Shown here: piece after piece, positions 1 through 9,875 of the stretch
Numbering within the stretch: the first letter of the stretch is position 1
How the letters are laid out: every line of letters begins with the position of its first letter
Source of the DNA: Acidobacteriota bacterium
GTDB taxonomy: Bacteria; Acidobacteriota; Aminicenantia; Aminicenantales; Saccharicenantaceae
Reading direction: 5' to 3'
NCBI GenBank assembly: GCA_022711665.1
Contig: JAKLEN010000004.1
Span: forward strand, 528 to 64,527
DNA length: 64,000 bases
Program-made: the position numbers and the translations under genes
The notes under the pieces: generated by a model
The model's database searches: none
Told to the model about the DNA's origin: nothing
The model's input: the letters and a program-made list of their open reading frames with translations, nothing else

Positions 1-354
1 ACCGGAGGGATCATCCTCATCGGCGAGCCGTATTGGCGACAGCTGCCGCCGACGGAAGAAATCGTCAAGGGGTGTCAGGCAACCGCGATCTCCGAGTTTC
101 TCACGCTTCCGGAGCTTATCGCGTCTTTCGGCCGTCTCAACTGCGACGTCGTGGAAATGGTTTTGGCGGACCAGGACGGTTGGGATAGATACGAGGCGGC
201 CAAATGGCTGACCATGCGCCGCTGGCTCGAAGCCAATCCCGGAGACGAGATGGCCAAAGAGGTTCGAGCCCAGCTGACCTCTGAACCCGGGCGCTATGCC
301 GCTTACTCGCGTGAATACCTGGGCTGGGGCGTGTTCGCGCTGATGCCGCGGTGA
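1..354 (+). CDS. 3' end of an unidentified protein-coding gene (start lies upstream of window)
   Basis: Open frame-1 reading from base 1 to the TGA at 352-354 (…TGGIILIGEPYWRQ…GWGVFALMPR*). GC-rich codon usage matches neighbours. No family recognised. Confidence 0.4.
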   Translation, partial: TGGIILIGEPYWRQLPPTEEIVKGCQATAISEFLTLPELIASFGRLNCDVVEMVLADQDGWDRYEAAKWLTMRRWLEANPGDEMAKEVRAQLTSEPGRYAAYSREYLGWGVFALMPR

Positions 355-452
355 AGCGTCTGCGCATTCGGCAGCCCACGGGGAGCCGCTTTTCCCCGTA
401 TTTATCCCATCTATTATCCCGTCCTCTGGTCTCCCCCTGACGCGCCGCCCTC

Positions 453-495
453 TTAACCGAGAATTGTCTTTTCCTTAATCGTCCCTTAACCCTGT
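453..495 (+). promoter_or_regulatory. Candidate Pho-box-like direct repeats (CTTAACC / CTTAATC / CTTAACC at 453, 474, 485; 21- and 11-bp phasing), ~6 bp upstream of a TATTTT -10-like hexamer (501-506)
   Basis: Seen in sequence: three CTTAA-initiated repeats phased by helical turns immediately upstream of the porin/pst genes. PhoB/PhoP-type regulators bind phased direct repeats that replace the -35. Confidence 0.3.
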
Positions 496-540
496 CTCAC
501 TATTTTGGTGGCGAACAACGCTAAAAAGGAGACAGAGAGC

Positions 541-1710
541 ATGCGCCAAGCCCTCCGAACCGTCCGCGAAGTCGCCGCCGGCCTCCTCATGCTGCCCATG
601 GTGACCATCATGAGCCTGATGGCCCAGACGGCCGCCGCGCCCGCCCGGACGTTCTCGACGACGATCTATCTGGACTACCGGCACTTCCTGTCCGACGCCG
701 GACCCGCGACCCTCAAGCCGGCCGCGGCCACCTCGGCCTACCTCAACAACCAGTTTGTCTTTCGCCGGGCCTACTTCACTTACGAGAACAAGATCAACGA
801 CAACCTCAAGTTCCGCCTCCGCCTGGACGCCGACAACACCGCCAACGTGACAGGCGTCACCCTGACCGGCACGCCCGTGAACGGGGTCACGCTCGGCAAG
901 GACGACAAGCTCCGCCCCTTCATCAAGCATCTGTACCTCGAATACGCGAACTTCCTCATACCGAAGATGGTCCTGAACGTCGGCCTGATCGAGACGCTGA
1001 CGTTCAAACCGGCCGAGGACCGCTGGGGCCTGCGCAGCGTCGCCAAGACCCTGGTGGACGGCTTCAAGGACATCACCAAAAAAGACATCTCGGCGTCGAG
1101 CGCGGATATCGGCGCGACCCTGAAGTACTCGTTCGCCAAGCATTTCCGCGTCGCCGCCGGGATCTACAACGGGGCCGGGTACGGCCATGCCGAAAACGAC
1201 CAGTACAAGAGGCTCCAGGTCCAGGCCCAGATCACGCCGGTCGCCGGGTTCTCCCTGGTCGGCTACTGCGATTACGAGCGCAAGCTCCCGCTCGCGTCGC
1301 TTCCCGGGGAGGGCAAGCCCCGGGCCGTGACCTGCAAGGCCGACGCCTACTTCGAAATGGTCAGGAACCTGGTCATCGGCGGCGAGTGGTTCGCCTACAA
1401 AAACGACCTCTACCAGACGGCGGGCGATAAATACCGCGTTGGCGGCTGGTCCGCGTTTGGCCGTTACGCCCTCAAGGGCGATAGGCTACAGATGTTCGCC
1501 CGCTACGACAGCTACGCGCCGAACAGCCTGGACCGGGACCAGGACGTCAGCCTGATCATCGCCGGACTCGACTGGGCGCCCTATCACCCGAGCTGGCGCG
1601 TCCAGCCGAACGTCTGGCTCTATCATTACCGGAACGGGCTCCGCTACAACGCGAGCGCGACCGGGAACGACGACCTCGTCTTCAACCTGACGTTCTTCCT
1701 GTCCTTCTGA
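541..1710 (+). CDS. Outer-membrane porin, probably phosphate-selective (OprO/OprP-like) given position directly upstream of pstS
   Basis: ATG at 541 preceded by AAAAGGAGACAGAG. N-terminal signal-like segment (LLMLPMVTIMSLMAQTAAA). Alternating beta-strand-like composition rich in Tyr/Gly/Asn/Asp. C-terminal aromatic end (…NLTFFLSF). Context: first gene of the pst cluster. Confidence 0.5.
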   Translation: MRQALRTVREVAAGLLMLPMVTIMSLMAQTAAAPARTFSTTIYLDYRHFLSDAGPATLKPAAATSAYLNNQFVFRRAYFTYENKINDNLKFRLRLDADNTANVTGVTLTGTPVNGVTLGKDDKLRPFIKHLYLEYANFLIPKMVLNVGLIETLTFKPAEDRWGLRSVAKTLVDGFKDITKKDISASSADIGATLKYSFAKHFRVAAGIYNGAGYGHAENDQYKRLQVQAQITPVAGFSLVGYCDYERKLPLASLPGEGKPRAVTCKADAYFEMVRNLVIGGEWFAYKNDLYQTAGDKYRVGGWSAFGRYALKGDRLQMFARYDSYAPNSLDRDQDVSLIIAGLDWAPYHPSWRVQPNVWLYHYRNGLRYNASATGNDDLVFNLTFFLSF

Positions 1711-1761
1711 GGCCGCGTCCCCGAAGAAATTTCTCGGAAACGAACGCCAAGGAGAAATCAG

Positions 1762-2658
1762 ATGAAAAGAATCCTCCTCGCGGCCCTGAGCCTGGCCCTC
1801 GCCGGCGGCCTTCTTCCAGCCGCCCCGGCCGGGAAGATGATCCAGATCAAGGGCTCCGACACCATGGTCAACCTCGTCCAGATCCTGGCCGAGGACTACA
1901 TGGGCAAGACCCCCGGCGCGGCCATCGCCGTCCTCGGCGGCGGCTCCGGCACCGGCATCACCGGCCTCATCAACAGGACCTGCGACATCGCCAGCCATTC
2001 CCGGGAATGGAAGCCCAAGGAGATCGAGCAGGCCTGGAAGAAAGGCGTCACGCCGAAGCTCTTCGTCGTGGCCGTGGACGGCCTGAGCATCGTCGTCAAC
2101 GAGAAGAACCCCATCGACCAGCTGACCATGGCCCAGGTCGGCGCCCTGTACCGCGGCGAGATCAAGAGCTGGAAGGCCCTGGGCGGCTCCCCGAAGCCGG
2201 TCTCCCTGTACGGCCGCCAGTCCAACTCCGGCACCTATGTCTTCATGCAGGAGTTCGTCCTGGGCAATAAGAACTACTCCGCCGACATGAAGGAGATGAA
2301 CGGCAACGCCCAGATCGTCGAGGGCATCCTCCAGGACGAGGGCGCGGTCGGCTATGTCGGCGTCGGCTACCTCTACGACGAGAACCACCGCATCCGCAAG
2401 GGCCTCAAGGTCCTGAAGATCTCCAGGGAACCGAACGGCGACGGCTTTTTGCCGACGGACAGGGCCGCCGTCGAGTCCGGGGCCTACCCGGTCTCCCGGC
2501 CCCTGTACCTGGCCACGGACGGCCGGCCCAAAGGCGACGCCGCCCGCTTCCTGAGCTGGATCGTCGGCCCCGAGGGCCAGGCCATCGTCGAGCGCGAGGG
2601 CTTCTTCACGATCGGCGGGGGCAAGTACAAGGCTTCGAACGACAGGAACTTCCAATAG
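1762..2658 (+). CDS. pstS: Phosphate ABC transporter substrate-binding protein PstS
   Basis: Signal peptide MKRILLAALSLALAGG. PBP-fold PstS-like motifs (GSDTM…GGGSGTG…). Followed by pstC/A/B. Confidence 0.85.
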   Translation: MKRILLAALSLALAGGLLPAAPAGKMIQIKGSDTMVNLVQILAEDYMGKTPGAAIAVLGGGSGTGITGLINRTCDIASHSREWKPKEIEQAWKKGVTPKLFVVAVDGLSIVVNEKNPIDQLTMAQVGALYRGEIKSWKALGGSPKPVSLYGRQSNSGTYVFMQEFVLGNKNYSADMKEMNGNAQIVEGILQDEGAVGYVGVGYLYDENHRIRKGLKVLKISREPNGDGFLPTDRAAVESGAYPVSRPLYLATDGRPKGDAARFLSWIVGPEGQAIVEREGFFTIGGGKYKASNDRNFQ

Positions 2659-2690
2659 GTTGTCGCGACAGGGTTCACGGATATCCAGGG

Positions 2691-3608
2691 GTGAAGGAAG
2701 GCTCCGATCCGGCCATGCGCAAGAAGAAACGGAACGACCTCAAAGAGGCCGCGATCGGGGCCTTCTTCTTCACCTCCGGCATCCTGGCCGTCCTGGTCCT
2801 CATCGGCATCTTCCTGACCCTGCTGGCGACGGCCGTCCCGGCCTTCCGCGAGATCCCGGTAGGCAAGTTCTTCGGCCATTCCCGCTGGGACCCCACCTCT
2901 CCAGAGAAAGCCGAGTACGGCCTGCTGTCCATGATCGCGAGCACGCTCCTGGTCACCGCCGGGGCCCTGCTGCTGGCCGTCCCGATCGGCATCGCCGTCG
3001 CGGCCTATCTCTCGGACGTCGCTCCCTGGCGCGTCCGCGAGGTCCTCAAGCCGGTCGTCGAGATTCTGGCCGGCATCCCCTCGGTCGTCGTCGGTTTCCT
3101 CGGCCTCGTCCTGTTCGGCCCCGCCCTGGCCAGGCTGTTCCACACGGCCAACGGCCTGAACGCCCTGAACGGCAGCATCCTCCTGGCCGTCATGTCGCTG
3201 CCGACCATCATCAGCATTTCCGAGGACTCGCTCAACGCCGTGCCGAAAGCCTACAGCGAGGCCTCCCTGGCCCTCGGCGCCTCCCGCTGGCAGACCCTCG
3301 TCCGGGTCAAGCTGCCGGCCGCCCTGTCCGGCATCGTCGCCGCCGTCATGCTGGGCCTGGGCCGGGCCATCGGCGAGACCATGACCGTGCTCATGGCCAC
3401 CGGCAACGCCCGGTCCTTCCCACGCGGCCTGCTTTCGTCTGTCCGGACGATGACCGCCGATATCGCCATCGAGCTCGGCGAGGCGCCCTATTTTACGACC
3501 CACTACTACGCCCTGTTCGCCATCGGCCTGGTCCTGTTCGTCATGACCTTCGCCGTCAACCTGGCCGCCGACGTCGTTTTGCGCAGATACCAGGAGCGGG
3601 AACGATGA
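2691..3608 (+). CDS. pstC: Phosphate ABC transporter permease PstC (start may be the ATG at 2716)
   Basis: Multi-TM permease with EAA-like region (…MATGNARSF…). Position between pstS and pstA. Confidence 0.85.
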   Translation: MKEGSDPAMRKKKRNDLKEAAIGAFFFTSGILAVLVLIGIFLTLLATAVPAFREIPVGKFFGHSRWDPTSPEKAEYGLLSMIASTLLVTAGALLLAVPIGIAVAAYLSDVAPWRVREVLKPVVEILAGIPSVVVGFLGLVLFGPALARLFHTANGLNALNGSILLAVMSLPTIISISEDSLNAVPKAYSEASLALGASRWQTLVRVKLPAALSGIVAAVMLGLGRAIGETMTVLMATGNARSFPRGLLSSVRTMTADIAIELGEAPYFTTHYYALFAIGLVLFVMTFAVNLAADVVLRRYQERER

Positions 3609-4461
3609 AACGGCCGGCCCGCAAGAAGATCGCCCAGGCCCTCGGCTTCCTGGCCCTGCGGCTGGCCATGGCCGTCGTCCTGGCCGTCCTCATCCTCTTG
3701 CTCGGCGACATCGTCCGCAAGGGCGGCGGGGCGATCTCGTGGGAGTTCCTGTCCCAGGCCCCGCGCCGGGGCATGACCGAAGGGGGCATCTTCCCGGCTA
3801 TCGTCGGGACGTTCCTGGTGACCGTCATCACGGCCGTCCTGGCCGTCCCCCTGGGCATGTCGGCCGCCGTCTATCTCAACGAATACGCCCGGCAGACGCG
3901 CCTGACCCGGCTCATCCGGCTGTCCATCCGCAACCTGTCGGGGGTCCCGTCGATCGTCTACGGTCTTTTCGGGGTCATCCTTTTCGTCAACGCCTTGCGC
4001 CTGGGGACGTCGGTCCTCTCGGCCGGGCTGACGCTGGGCCTCATGACCCTGCCCTGGACGATCACGGCCGGCGAGGAGGCCCTGAAGACCATCCCGGACT
4101 CCTACCGCGAGGGCGCCCTGGCCTTGGGGGCGACGAAGTGGCAGACCATCCGGACGAACGTCTTGCCCTACGCCGTCCCCGGGATGCTGACCGGAACGGT
4201 CCTCGGCCTGGCCCGGGCGGCGGGGGAGACGGCCCCGATCCTGTTCACCGGGGCGGCCTTCTACCTGCCGGCCTTGCCGAAGTCTCCCGGCGACCAGTTC
4301 ATGGCCCTGCCGTACCACCTCTACATCATGGCCACCCAGCACCATGCCATCCTCAAGGTCCGGCCGCTGGCCTACGGGACGGCCCTGGTCTTGATCTTCC
4401 TCGTCCTGGGGATGAACATGGCCGCCATCGTCGTACGTTACCGGTTGAGAAAGAAACAGCG

Positions 4462-4465
<4 letters not shown>
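3605..4465 (+). CDS. pstA: Phosphate ABC transporter permease PstA
   Basis: ATG at 3605 overlaps the pstC stop (ATGA). TM-rich protein [29 protein letters not shown]… In frame with the long 2660..4465 shadow ORF but only this portion is protein-like. Confidence 0.85.
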
Positions 4466-5232
<767 letters not shown>

Positions 5233-5261
5233 GCCGGTCCGCGTCGGCCGCAGGAGGAGCC

Positions 5262-5972
5262 ATGTCCAAGCCAGAACGCCCGATCGACGAGGAGCTCAAG
5301 GTCCTCAAGGAGAAGCTCCTGGAGATGGCCTCCCGGGCCGAGGAGCAGATCGCCACGGCCGTCCGCGGCCTCCGGGACCGCGAAGAGGCCCTGGCCTGCC
5401 GGGTCCTCGACCGCGAGGAGGCCATCAACCTGCTCGACGTCGAGATCGACGAGATGTGCATGCGGCTGCTGGCCCTGCGCCAGCCCATGGCCACGGACCT
5501 GCGCTTCATCACCTCGGCCATGAAGATCAGCAACGACGTCGAGCGCATCGGCGACCTGGCCGTGAACATCGCCGAGCGGACGATCGAGCTGCTGAAAGCG
5601 CCCCAGCTCAAGCCCCTGATCGACATCCCCCGGATGGCCCAGATGGCCCAGGACATGGTCCGCGACGCCCTCAACGCCTTTGTCGGCAGCGACGACAAGC
5701 TGGCCCGGAACGTCTGCGAGCGGGACGACCAGGTGGACCAGCTCAACGACCAGGTCTTCCGGGAGCTGCTGACCTACATGATGCAGGACCCGGGCACCAT
5801 CTCCCGGGCCGTCGGCCTGATCCTCGTCGGCAGGCACCTCGAGCGCATCGCCGACCATGCCACGAACATCGGCGAGGATGTCATCTACATGGTCCGGGGC
5901 CAGACCATCAAGCACCACGTCGATGAGGTCGGGCGGGCCACCGGCCTCAAGGGCTGTCCGGGCGGGGGATGA
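5262..5972 (+). CDS. phoU: Phosphate signalling complex protein PhoU
   Basis: Two PhoU repeats (…ATDLRFITSAMKISNDVERIGDLAVNIAER… / …RHLERIADHATNIGEDVIY…). Immediately follows pstB. Confidence 0.9.
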   Translation: MSKPERPIDEELKVLKEKLLEMASRAEEQIATAVRGLRDREEALACRVLDREEAINLLDVEIDEMCMRLLALRQPMATDLRFITSAMKISNDVERIGDLAVNIAERTIELLKAPQLKPLIDIPRMAQMAQDMVRDALNAFVGSDDKLARNVCERDDQVDQLNDQVFRELLTYMMQDPGTISRAVGLILVGRHLERIADHATNIGEDVIYMVRGQTIKHHVDEVGRATGLKGCPGGG

Positions 5973-5978
5973 CCCCGG

Positions 5979-6716
5979 TCACTGCATCCGGCGGATCCGG
6001 ATTTCGATCCCCTTTTCCCCCTGCAGGAGCTTGACCAGCCGGGAGGTGTCCGTGTCCCCGAAGTGATACGGATAGAGGATGCCGGGCCGGAAGGCCCGGG
6101 CCGCGTCGGCGACCTGCTCCGGGGACATCGTGTAGGGCAGGTTCATGGGCAGGAAAGCCGCGTCGATCCCCTTCAGGGCCTTCATCTCGGGGATGTTCTC
6201 CGTATCCCCGGCGATGTAGACCTTCTTGTCGCCGAAGGCGATGACGTAGCCGTTGCCCTGGCCCCTTGGATGGAAGGGGCCGTCGCCGGGCCGCAGGTGG
6301 ACGATGTTGTAGGCGGGCACCGCTTCGATGGGAAGACCGAGCACGGTCGTCCTCTCCCCGTTGGCCAGGATGGCCGCGCCCGGGAGCTTGGCGGCGCAGG
6401 CCCGGCTGCCGATGATGAACGTGCCGGGCTTGAGGATGGCCTTGAGGGCCGCCGGATCGAGGTGATCCATGTGCTCGTGGGTCACCAGGACCAGGTCGGC
6501 CTTGGGCAGGGCTCCGTAATCGGCCACCTCGCCAAAGGGATCGACCTGGACGGTCTTCCCGCCGAAGGCCAGCAGCAGCGAGCCGTGGCCGAGAAAGGTG
6601 ATCTCGAGCGGGCCCGCCGACGTCGGAATAACGTCGGTCTCGAATTTCGAGGGAGCGATCGCCGCTCCGCCGGCCAGCCCGAGGGCCAGGGCACCGAGGA
6701 TGATGATGAGTCTCAT
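5979..6716 (-). CDS. Secreted metallo-beta-lactamase-fold hydrolase
   Basis: Signal peptide MRLIIILGALALGLAGGAA. MBL motif THEHMDHLD. Start taken at the ATG encoding MRLII (the ORF track extends 5 codons further). Confidence 0.7.
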   Translation of the reverse strand: MRLIIILGALALGLAGGAAIAPSKFETDVIPTSAGPLEITFLGHGSLLLAFGGKTVQVDPFGEVADYGALPKADLVLVTHEHMDHLDPAALKAILKPGTFIIGSRACAAKLPGAAILANGERTTVLGLPIEAVPAYNIVHLRPGDGPFHPRGQGNGYVIAFGDKKVYIAGDTENIPEMKALKGIDAAFLPMNLPYTMSPEQVADAARAFRPGILYPYHFGDTDTSRLVKLLQGEKGIEIRIRRMQ

Positions 6717-6752
6717 GGGGTCTCCCTCCAAGCGCTCTGTGGCTATTATAAG

Positions 6753-7018
6753 GTTCTTCTCCCGATTCCGGGAGAATCCCTCTCATCGGCTTGGCTCAGG
6801 CCGGCGCGGAGCGGAGTCGTCGCAGCGACCATCAGAAGCATGGCGGAGCGGGTCGGAGCCATGCTTCTGGGAGATATCGGGAGAAAGAGCTTTCTCAAGA
6901 TATTTCTCAGAATCCCGGCCTCGAGCGCTCGGCCATGATTCTGACCTCCGCTCTCCAAAGTCCGCTCCGCGCCGGCCCATTGCCGCCGCGAGAGGGAATC
7001 CCGGAAATGGGAGAGAAA
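6753..7018. repeat. MITE-like structured repeat (long copy), flanked by a perfect 10-bp direct repeat CTATTATAAG at 6743-6752 and 7019-7028
   Basis: Seen in sequence: imperfect terminal inverted repeats GTTCTTCTCCCGATTCCGGGAGAATCCCTCTC … GAGAGGGAATCCCGGAAATGGGAGAGAAA. Nested internal inverted repeats CCGGCGCGGAGCGGAG/CTCCGCTCCGCGCCGG and CAGAAGCATGG/CCATGCTTCTG. A second, internally deleted copy lies at 34561-34650. Confidence 0.5.
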
Positions 7019-7080
7019 CTATTATAAGCCCGGGGAGCGGGGGAGGCAACGGCGTGCCGCCGGCCGGTCGGGCGCCGCAT

Positions 7081-7260
7081 CAGCCGGCGAGCAGGGCGTG
7101 AAGCGCCAAAACGGCCGCCGCGGCCGAAGCGGCGAAAACGATCGAGGCGGGCCAGGGGAGGCCGGAGGGGCGGCGATAGCCCCGGACGATGCCTCGGAAG
7201 GACCAGCCGGCCAGTCCGGTCGAGAGGGCCAGGGAGGCGGCGGCGAGCACGGGGGTCATG
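7081..7260 (-). CDS. Small (59-aa) two-helix membrane protein, hypothetical (below the ORF-track length cut-off)
   Basis: ATG at 7260 (minus) with GGAGGCGGAGG 8 nt upstream. Translation MTPVLAAASLALSTGLAGWSFRGIVRGYRRPSGLPWPASIVFAASAAAAVLALHALLAG* has two hydrophobic helices. Confidence 0.3.
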
Positions 7261-7374
7261 GAGCTTTATCCTCCGCCTCCACATTACCTGACGAATGTTA
7301 AGGAATGATAAATTCCCTGGCAAAAGCGGCCAAATTGTCTATAATCGCATCATGAGACGCGGGCCGGAGACGCC

Positions 7375-8052
7375 ATGCCCCCGGTGATCGCCGCCCTCGA
7401 CGACGAGGCCGATATCCTCGAGCTCCTGCGGGTCAATATCCAGAAGGCCGGATACCCCTTCGAGGGCTTCCTGCAGCCGGAGGACCTCTACCGCTACCTA
7501 TCGCGGGAGAGGCCCGGCCTCATCCTGCTAGACCTGATGCTGCCCGGCACCGACGGCCTGGAGATCTGCCGCCAGATCCGGCGTTCGCCCGACCTGGCCG
7601 CGATCCCGATCATCATGCTGACCGCCCGGGGCGACGAGGCCGACAAGGTCGTCGGGCTCGAGCTCGGCGCCGACGACTACGTGACAAAGCCGTTCTCGGT
7701 TAAGGAGCTCGTGGCCCGCATCCATGCCGTGCTGCGGCGGCCGGCGCCGGGGGCCGAGGGGCCCCGGATCAGGATCGGCCCGCTGGTGGTCGATCTGGAG
7801 AAATTCGAGGTCACGGCGGAGGGGGAGAAGGTCGACCTGACGGCGACGGAATTCAAAATCCTCCAGCTCCTGGCTTCCCGCCCCGGCCGGGTCTTCAGCC
7901 GGGACCAGATCCTCGACCACCTCTGGGGGACCGAGAAGGCGGTCATCGACCGGACCGTCGACGTCCATATCCGCAACCTGCGGGAGAAGCTGGGCCCGGC
8001 GGCCCGGCTCGTCAAGAACATCCGCGGCATGGGGTACAAGCTCGAAGAATGA
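7375..8052 (+). CDS. OmpR/PhoB-family response regulator (PhoB/PhoP-like by context)
   Basis: Receiver domain (…LILLDLMLPGTDGL…KPF) plus winged-helix C-terminus (…RNLREKLG…GMGYKLEE). Adjacent to the pst-phoU cluster and translationally coupled to the downstream kinase. Confidence 0.85.
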   Translation: MPPVIAALDDEADILELLRVNIQKAGYPFEGFLQPEDLYRYLSRERPGLILLDLMLPGTDGLEICRQIRRSPDLAAIPIIMLTARGDEADKVVGLELGADDYVTKPFSVKELVARIHAVLRRPAPGAEGPRIRIGPLVVDLEKFEVTAEGEKVDLTATEFKILQLLASRPGRVFSRDQILDHLWGTEKAVIDRTVDVHIRNLREKLGPAARLVKNIRGMGYKLEE

Positions 8053-9776
8053 AAAAATCCCTTTTCCTCCGGTTCTTCCTGGAGCACGCCTCCATCGTCG
8101 TCCTTTTGGCCGCCGCCGTCCTGATCTTCACGCCGCCGCTCCTCCGCAAGCACCATAACCAGGAGCGGGCGGCCGGCCTGGAGCACATGGCCCTGTGGCT
8201 CGAAAGCCAGGTCCTGCCCTACGTCGCCGGTCCGGCCGCCGGGGACCTGGAAGCCGTGATCGCCGACATCGGCCTGAAGACCGCCACGCGCATCACGGTC
8301 ATCGGGCCCGACGGCCACGTCCTGGCCGATTCGGAGAGGCAGCCCCGGGACATGGAAAGCCATCTTTTCCGTCCGGAGATACAGGCCTCGCTGCGGGGCG
8401 AAAAGCGGGTCTCCATCCGGCCCAGCTCGACGCTCAAGGCCGACATGATGTACCTGAGCATCCCGCTGCGGTCGGGGGAGCGCGTCGTCGGGGCCCTGCG
8501 CCTGAGCCAATTCATGAAGGACGTCGATGTCCTGATGGACGAATTCCGCCGCGACCTCTGGCGGGTCGTCGGCCTCGTCAGCCTCCTGGCCCTGGTCCTG
8601 GCCTTTGTCCTGGCCCGGTCCGTGGCCGTGCCGCTGCGCGAGGTCATCCGGGCCTCGAAACTGGTCGCCGCGGGGGATTTCGACGTCCAGGTCTCGGCCC
8701 GGCGCGGCGGCGAGATCCGCGACCAGGCCCTGGCCTTCAACGCCATGACCGGCCGGCTCAAGGCCATGTTCGGCGAGATCCGGATGCAGAACGAGGAGAT
8801 CGGCAGCATCCTGGCTTCCATCCGGGAGGGCCTGTGCGTCCTCGACGGCGATGCCCGGATCGTGCACGCCAACGACAGCTTCCGCCGCCTGGCCGGCCGG
8901 GAGGCCCCCCAGGGCCTGCACTTCTGGGAGGTCGTCCGCAGCTCCTCGGCCATGGAGCTCGTGCGCCAGGCCCGGGAAGGCGGTCCCGGCGCGTCGGGCG
9001 AGGCGGAGATCGGCGAGCGCGTCTACAACGTCAGCGTCTGCCGCCTGGCCGAAGCCGGCCGGCTGGTCGTCACCCTCCACGACGTCACCGAGTTCCGGAT
9101 TCTGGAAAAGGCCAAGCGGGACTTCGTGGCCAACGTCTCCCACGAGCTCAAGACGCCGCTCACGGCCATCAAGGGCTTCGCCGAGACCATGGAGCCTCGG
9201 GCCGAAGCCGAGAACCGGCCCTATCTCGAGATCATACGCCGCAATACCGAGCGGCTGATCGCCATCGTCGATGACCTGCTGGCTCTGTCCGAGCTCGAGG
9301 CCCCGGGGATGAAGCCGGCCAAGAAGAGCCTGGACGTCCGCGGCCTGGCCGCGACGACCCTGAAGCTCTTCGAGCGGCGGGCGGCGGAGAAGGGCATCTC
9401 CCTGACCCTGGAGGCGGCGGCCGGCCTGCCCGCAGTCCAGGCAGATCCGGTCCAGCTCGAGGGGCTGCTCCTCAACCTGGTCGACAACGCCGTGAAATTC
9501 ACGGACAGGGGAGGGGTGACGGTCCGTCTGGGCGCCAAGGATGGGCGCTTCCTCATCGAGGTCGTCGATACTGGCGTCGGCATTGACGCCGACCACCTGC
9601 CGCGCGTCTTCGAGCGCTTCTACGTCGCCGACAAGTCCCGCTCCAAGAAGCTGGGCGGGACGGGCCTCGGCCTGGCCATCGTCAAGCACATCGCCCAGGC
9701 CCACGACGGCGCGGTCTCGGTCAAGAGCCGGGTGGGCGAAGGGACGACGGTGACCGTGGAGCTGCCCCTGGCCTAG
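8049..9776 (+). CDS. Sensor histidine kinase with two TM helices, periplasmic domain, HAMP and PAS (PhoR-like by context)
   Basis: HisKA H-box SHELKTPLTAIKGFAE. HATPase_c N/G boxes (LLLNLVDNAVKFT…DTGVGID…GGTGLGLAIV). ATG overlaps the RR stop. Confidence 0.85.
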   Translation: MKKSLFLRFFLEHASIVVLLAAAVLIFTPPLLRKHHNQERAAGLEHMALWLESQVLPYVAGPAAGDLEAVIADIGLKTATRITVIGPDGHVLADSERQPRDMESHLFRPEIQASLRGEKRVSIRPSSTLKADMMYLSIPLRSGERVVGALRLSQFMKDVDVLMDEFRRDLWRVVGLVSLLALVLAFVLARSVAVPLREVIRASKLVAAGDFDVQVSARRGGEIRDQALAFNAMTGRLKAMFGEIRMQNEEIGSILASIREGLCVLDGDARIVHANDSFRRLAGREAPQGLHFWEVVRSSSAMELVRQAREGGPGASGEAEIGERVYNVSVCRLAEAGRLVVTLHDVTEFRILEKAKRDFVANVSHELKTPLTAIKGFAETMEPRAEAENRPYLEIIRRNTERLIAIVDDLLALSELEAPGMKPAKKSLDVRGLAATTLKLFERRAAEKGISLTLEAAAGLPAVQADPVQLEGLLLNLVDNAVKFTDRGGVTVRLGAKDGRFLIEVVDTGVGIDADHLPRVFERFYVADKSRSKKLGGTGLGLAIVKHIAQAHDGAVSVKSRVGEGTTVTVELPLA

Positions 9777-9815
9777 CGGCAGGAGCGACGATACGGCCCC
9801 GGCCGGCGCCGGCTT

Positions 9816-9843
9816 TTGACGCCCCGGCCGCCTCTGCTATAAT
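9816..9843 (+). promoter_or_regulatory. Sigma70-type promoter TTGACG-N16-TATAAT upstream of the NarI-like/HdrD-like/dsrC operon; 5'-UTR hairpin CTTCGG-tcccg-CCGAAG follows
   Basis: Seen in sequence: -35 at 9816-9821, -10 at 9838-9843, then stem-loop 9850-9866 and the AAGGA RBS before the ATG at 9876. Confidence 0.35.
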
Positions 9844-9875
9844 ATGCGGCTTCGGTCCCGCCGAAGGAACGTTCG

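Noticed and set aside
6743-7028. Alternative reading of CTATTATAAG as part of the MITE-like element rather than a target-site duplication
   Set aside because: Not fully rejected. The second copy has CTATT-like flanks on both sides, which could mean the AT-rich decamer belongs to the element termini. As a direct repeat it is 10/10 identical, and as an inverted repeat only 6/10, so TSD is favoured.
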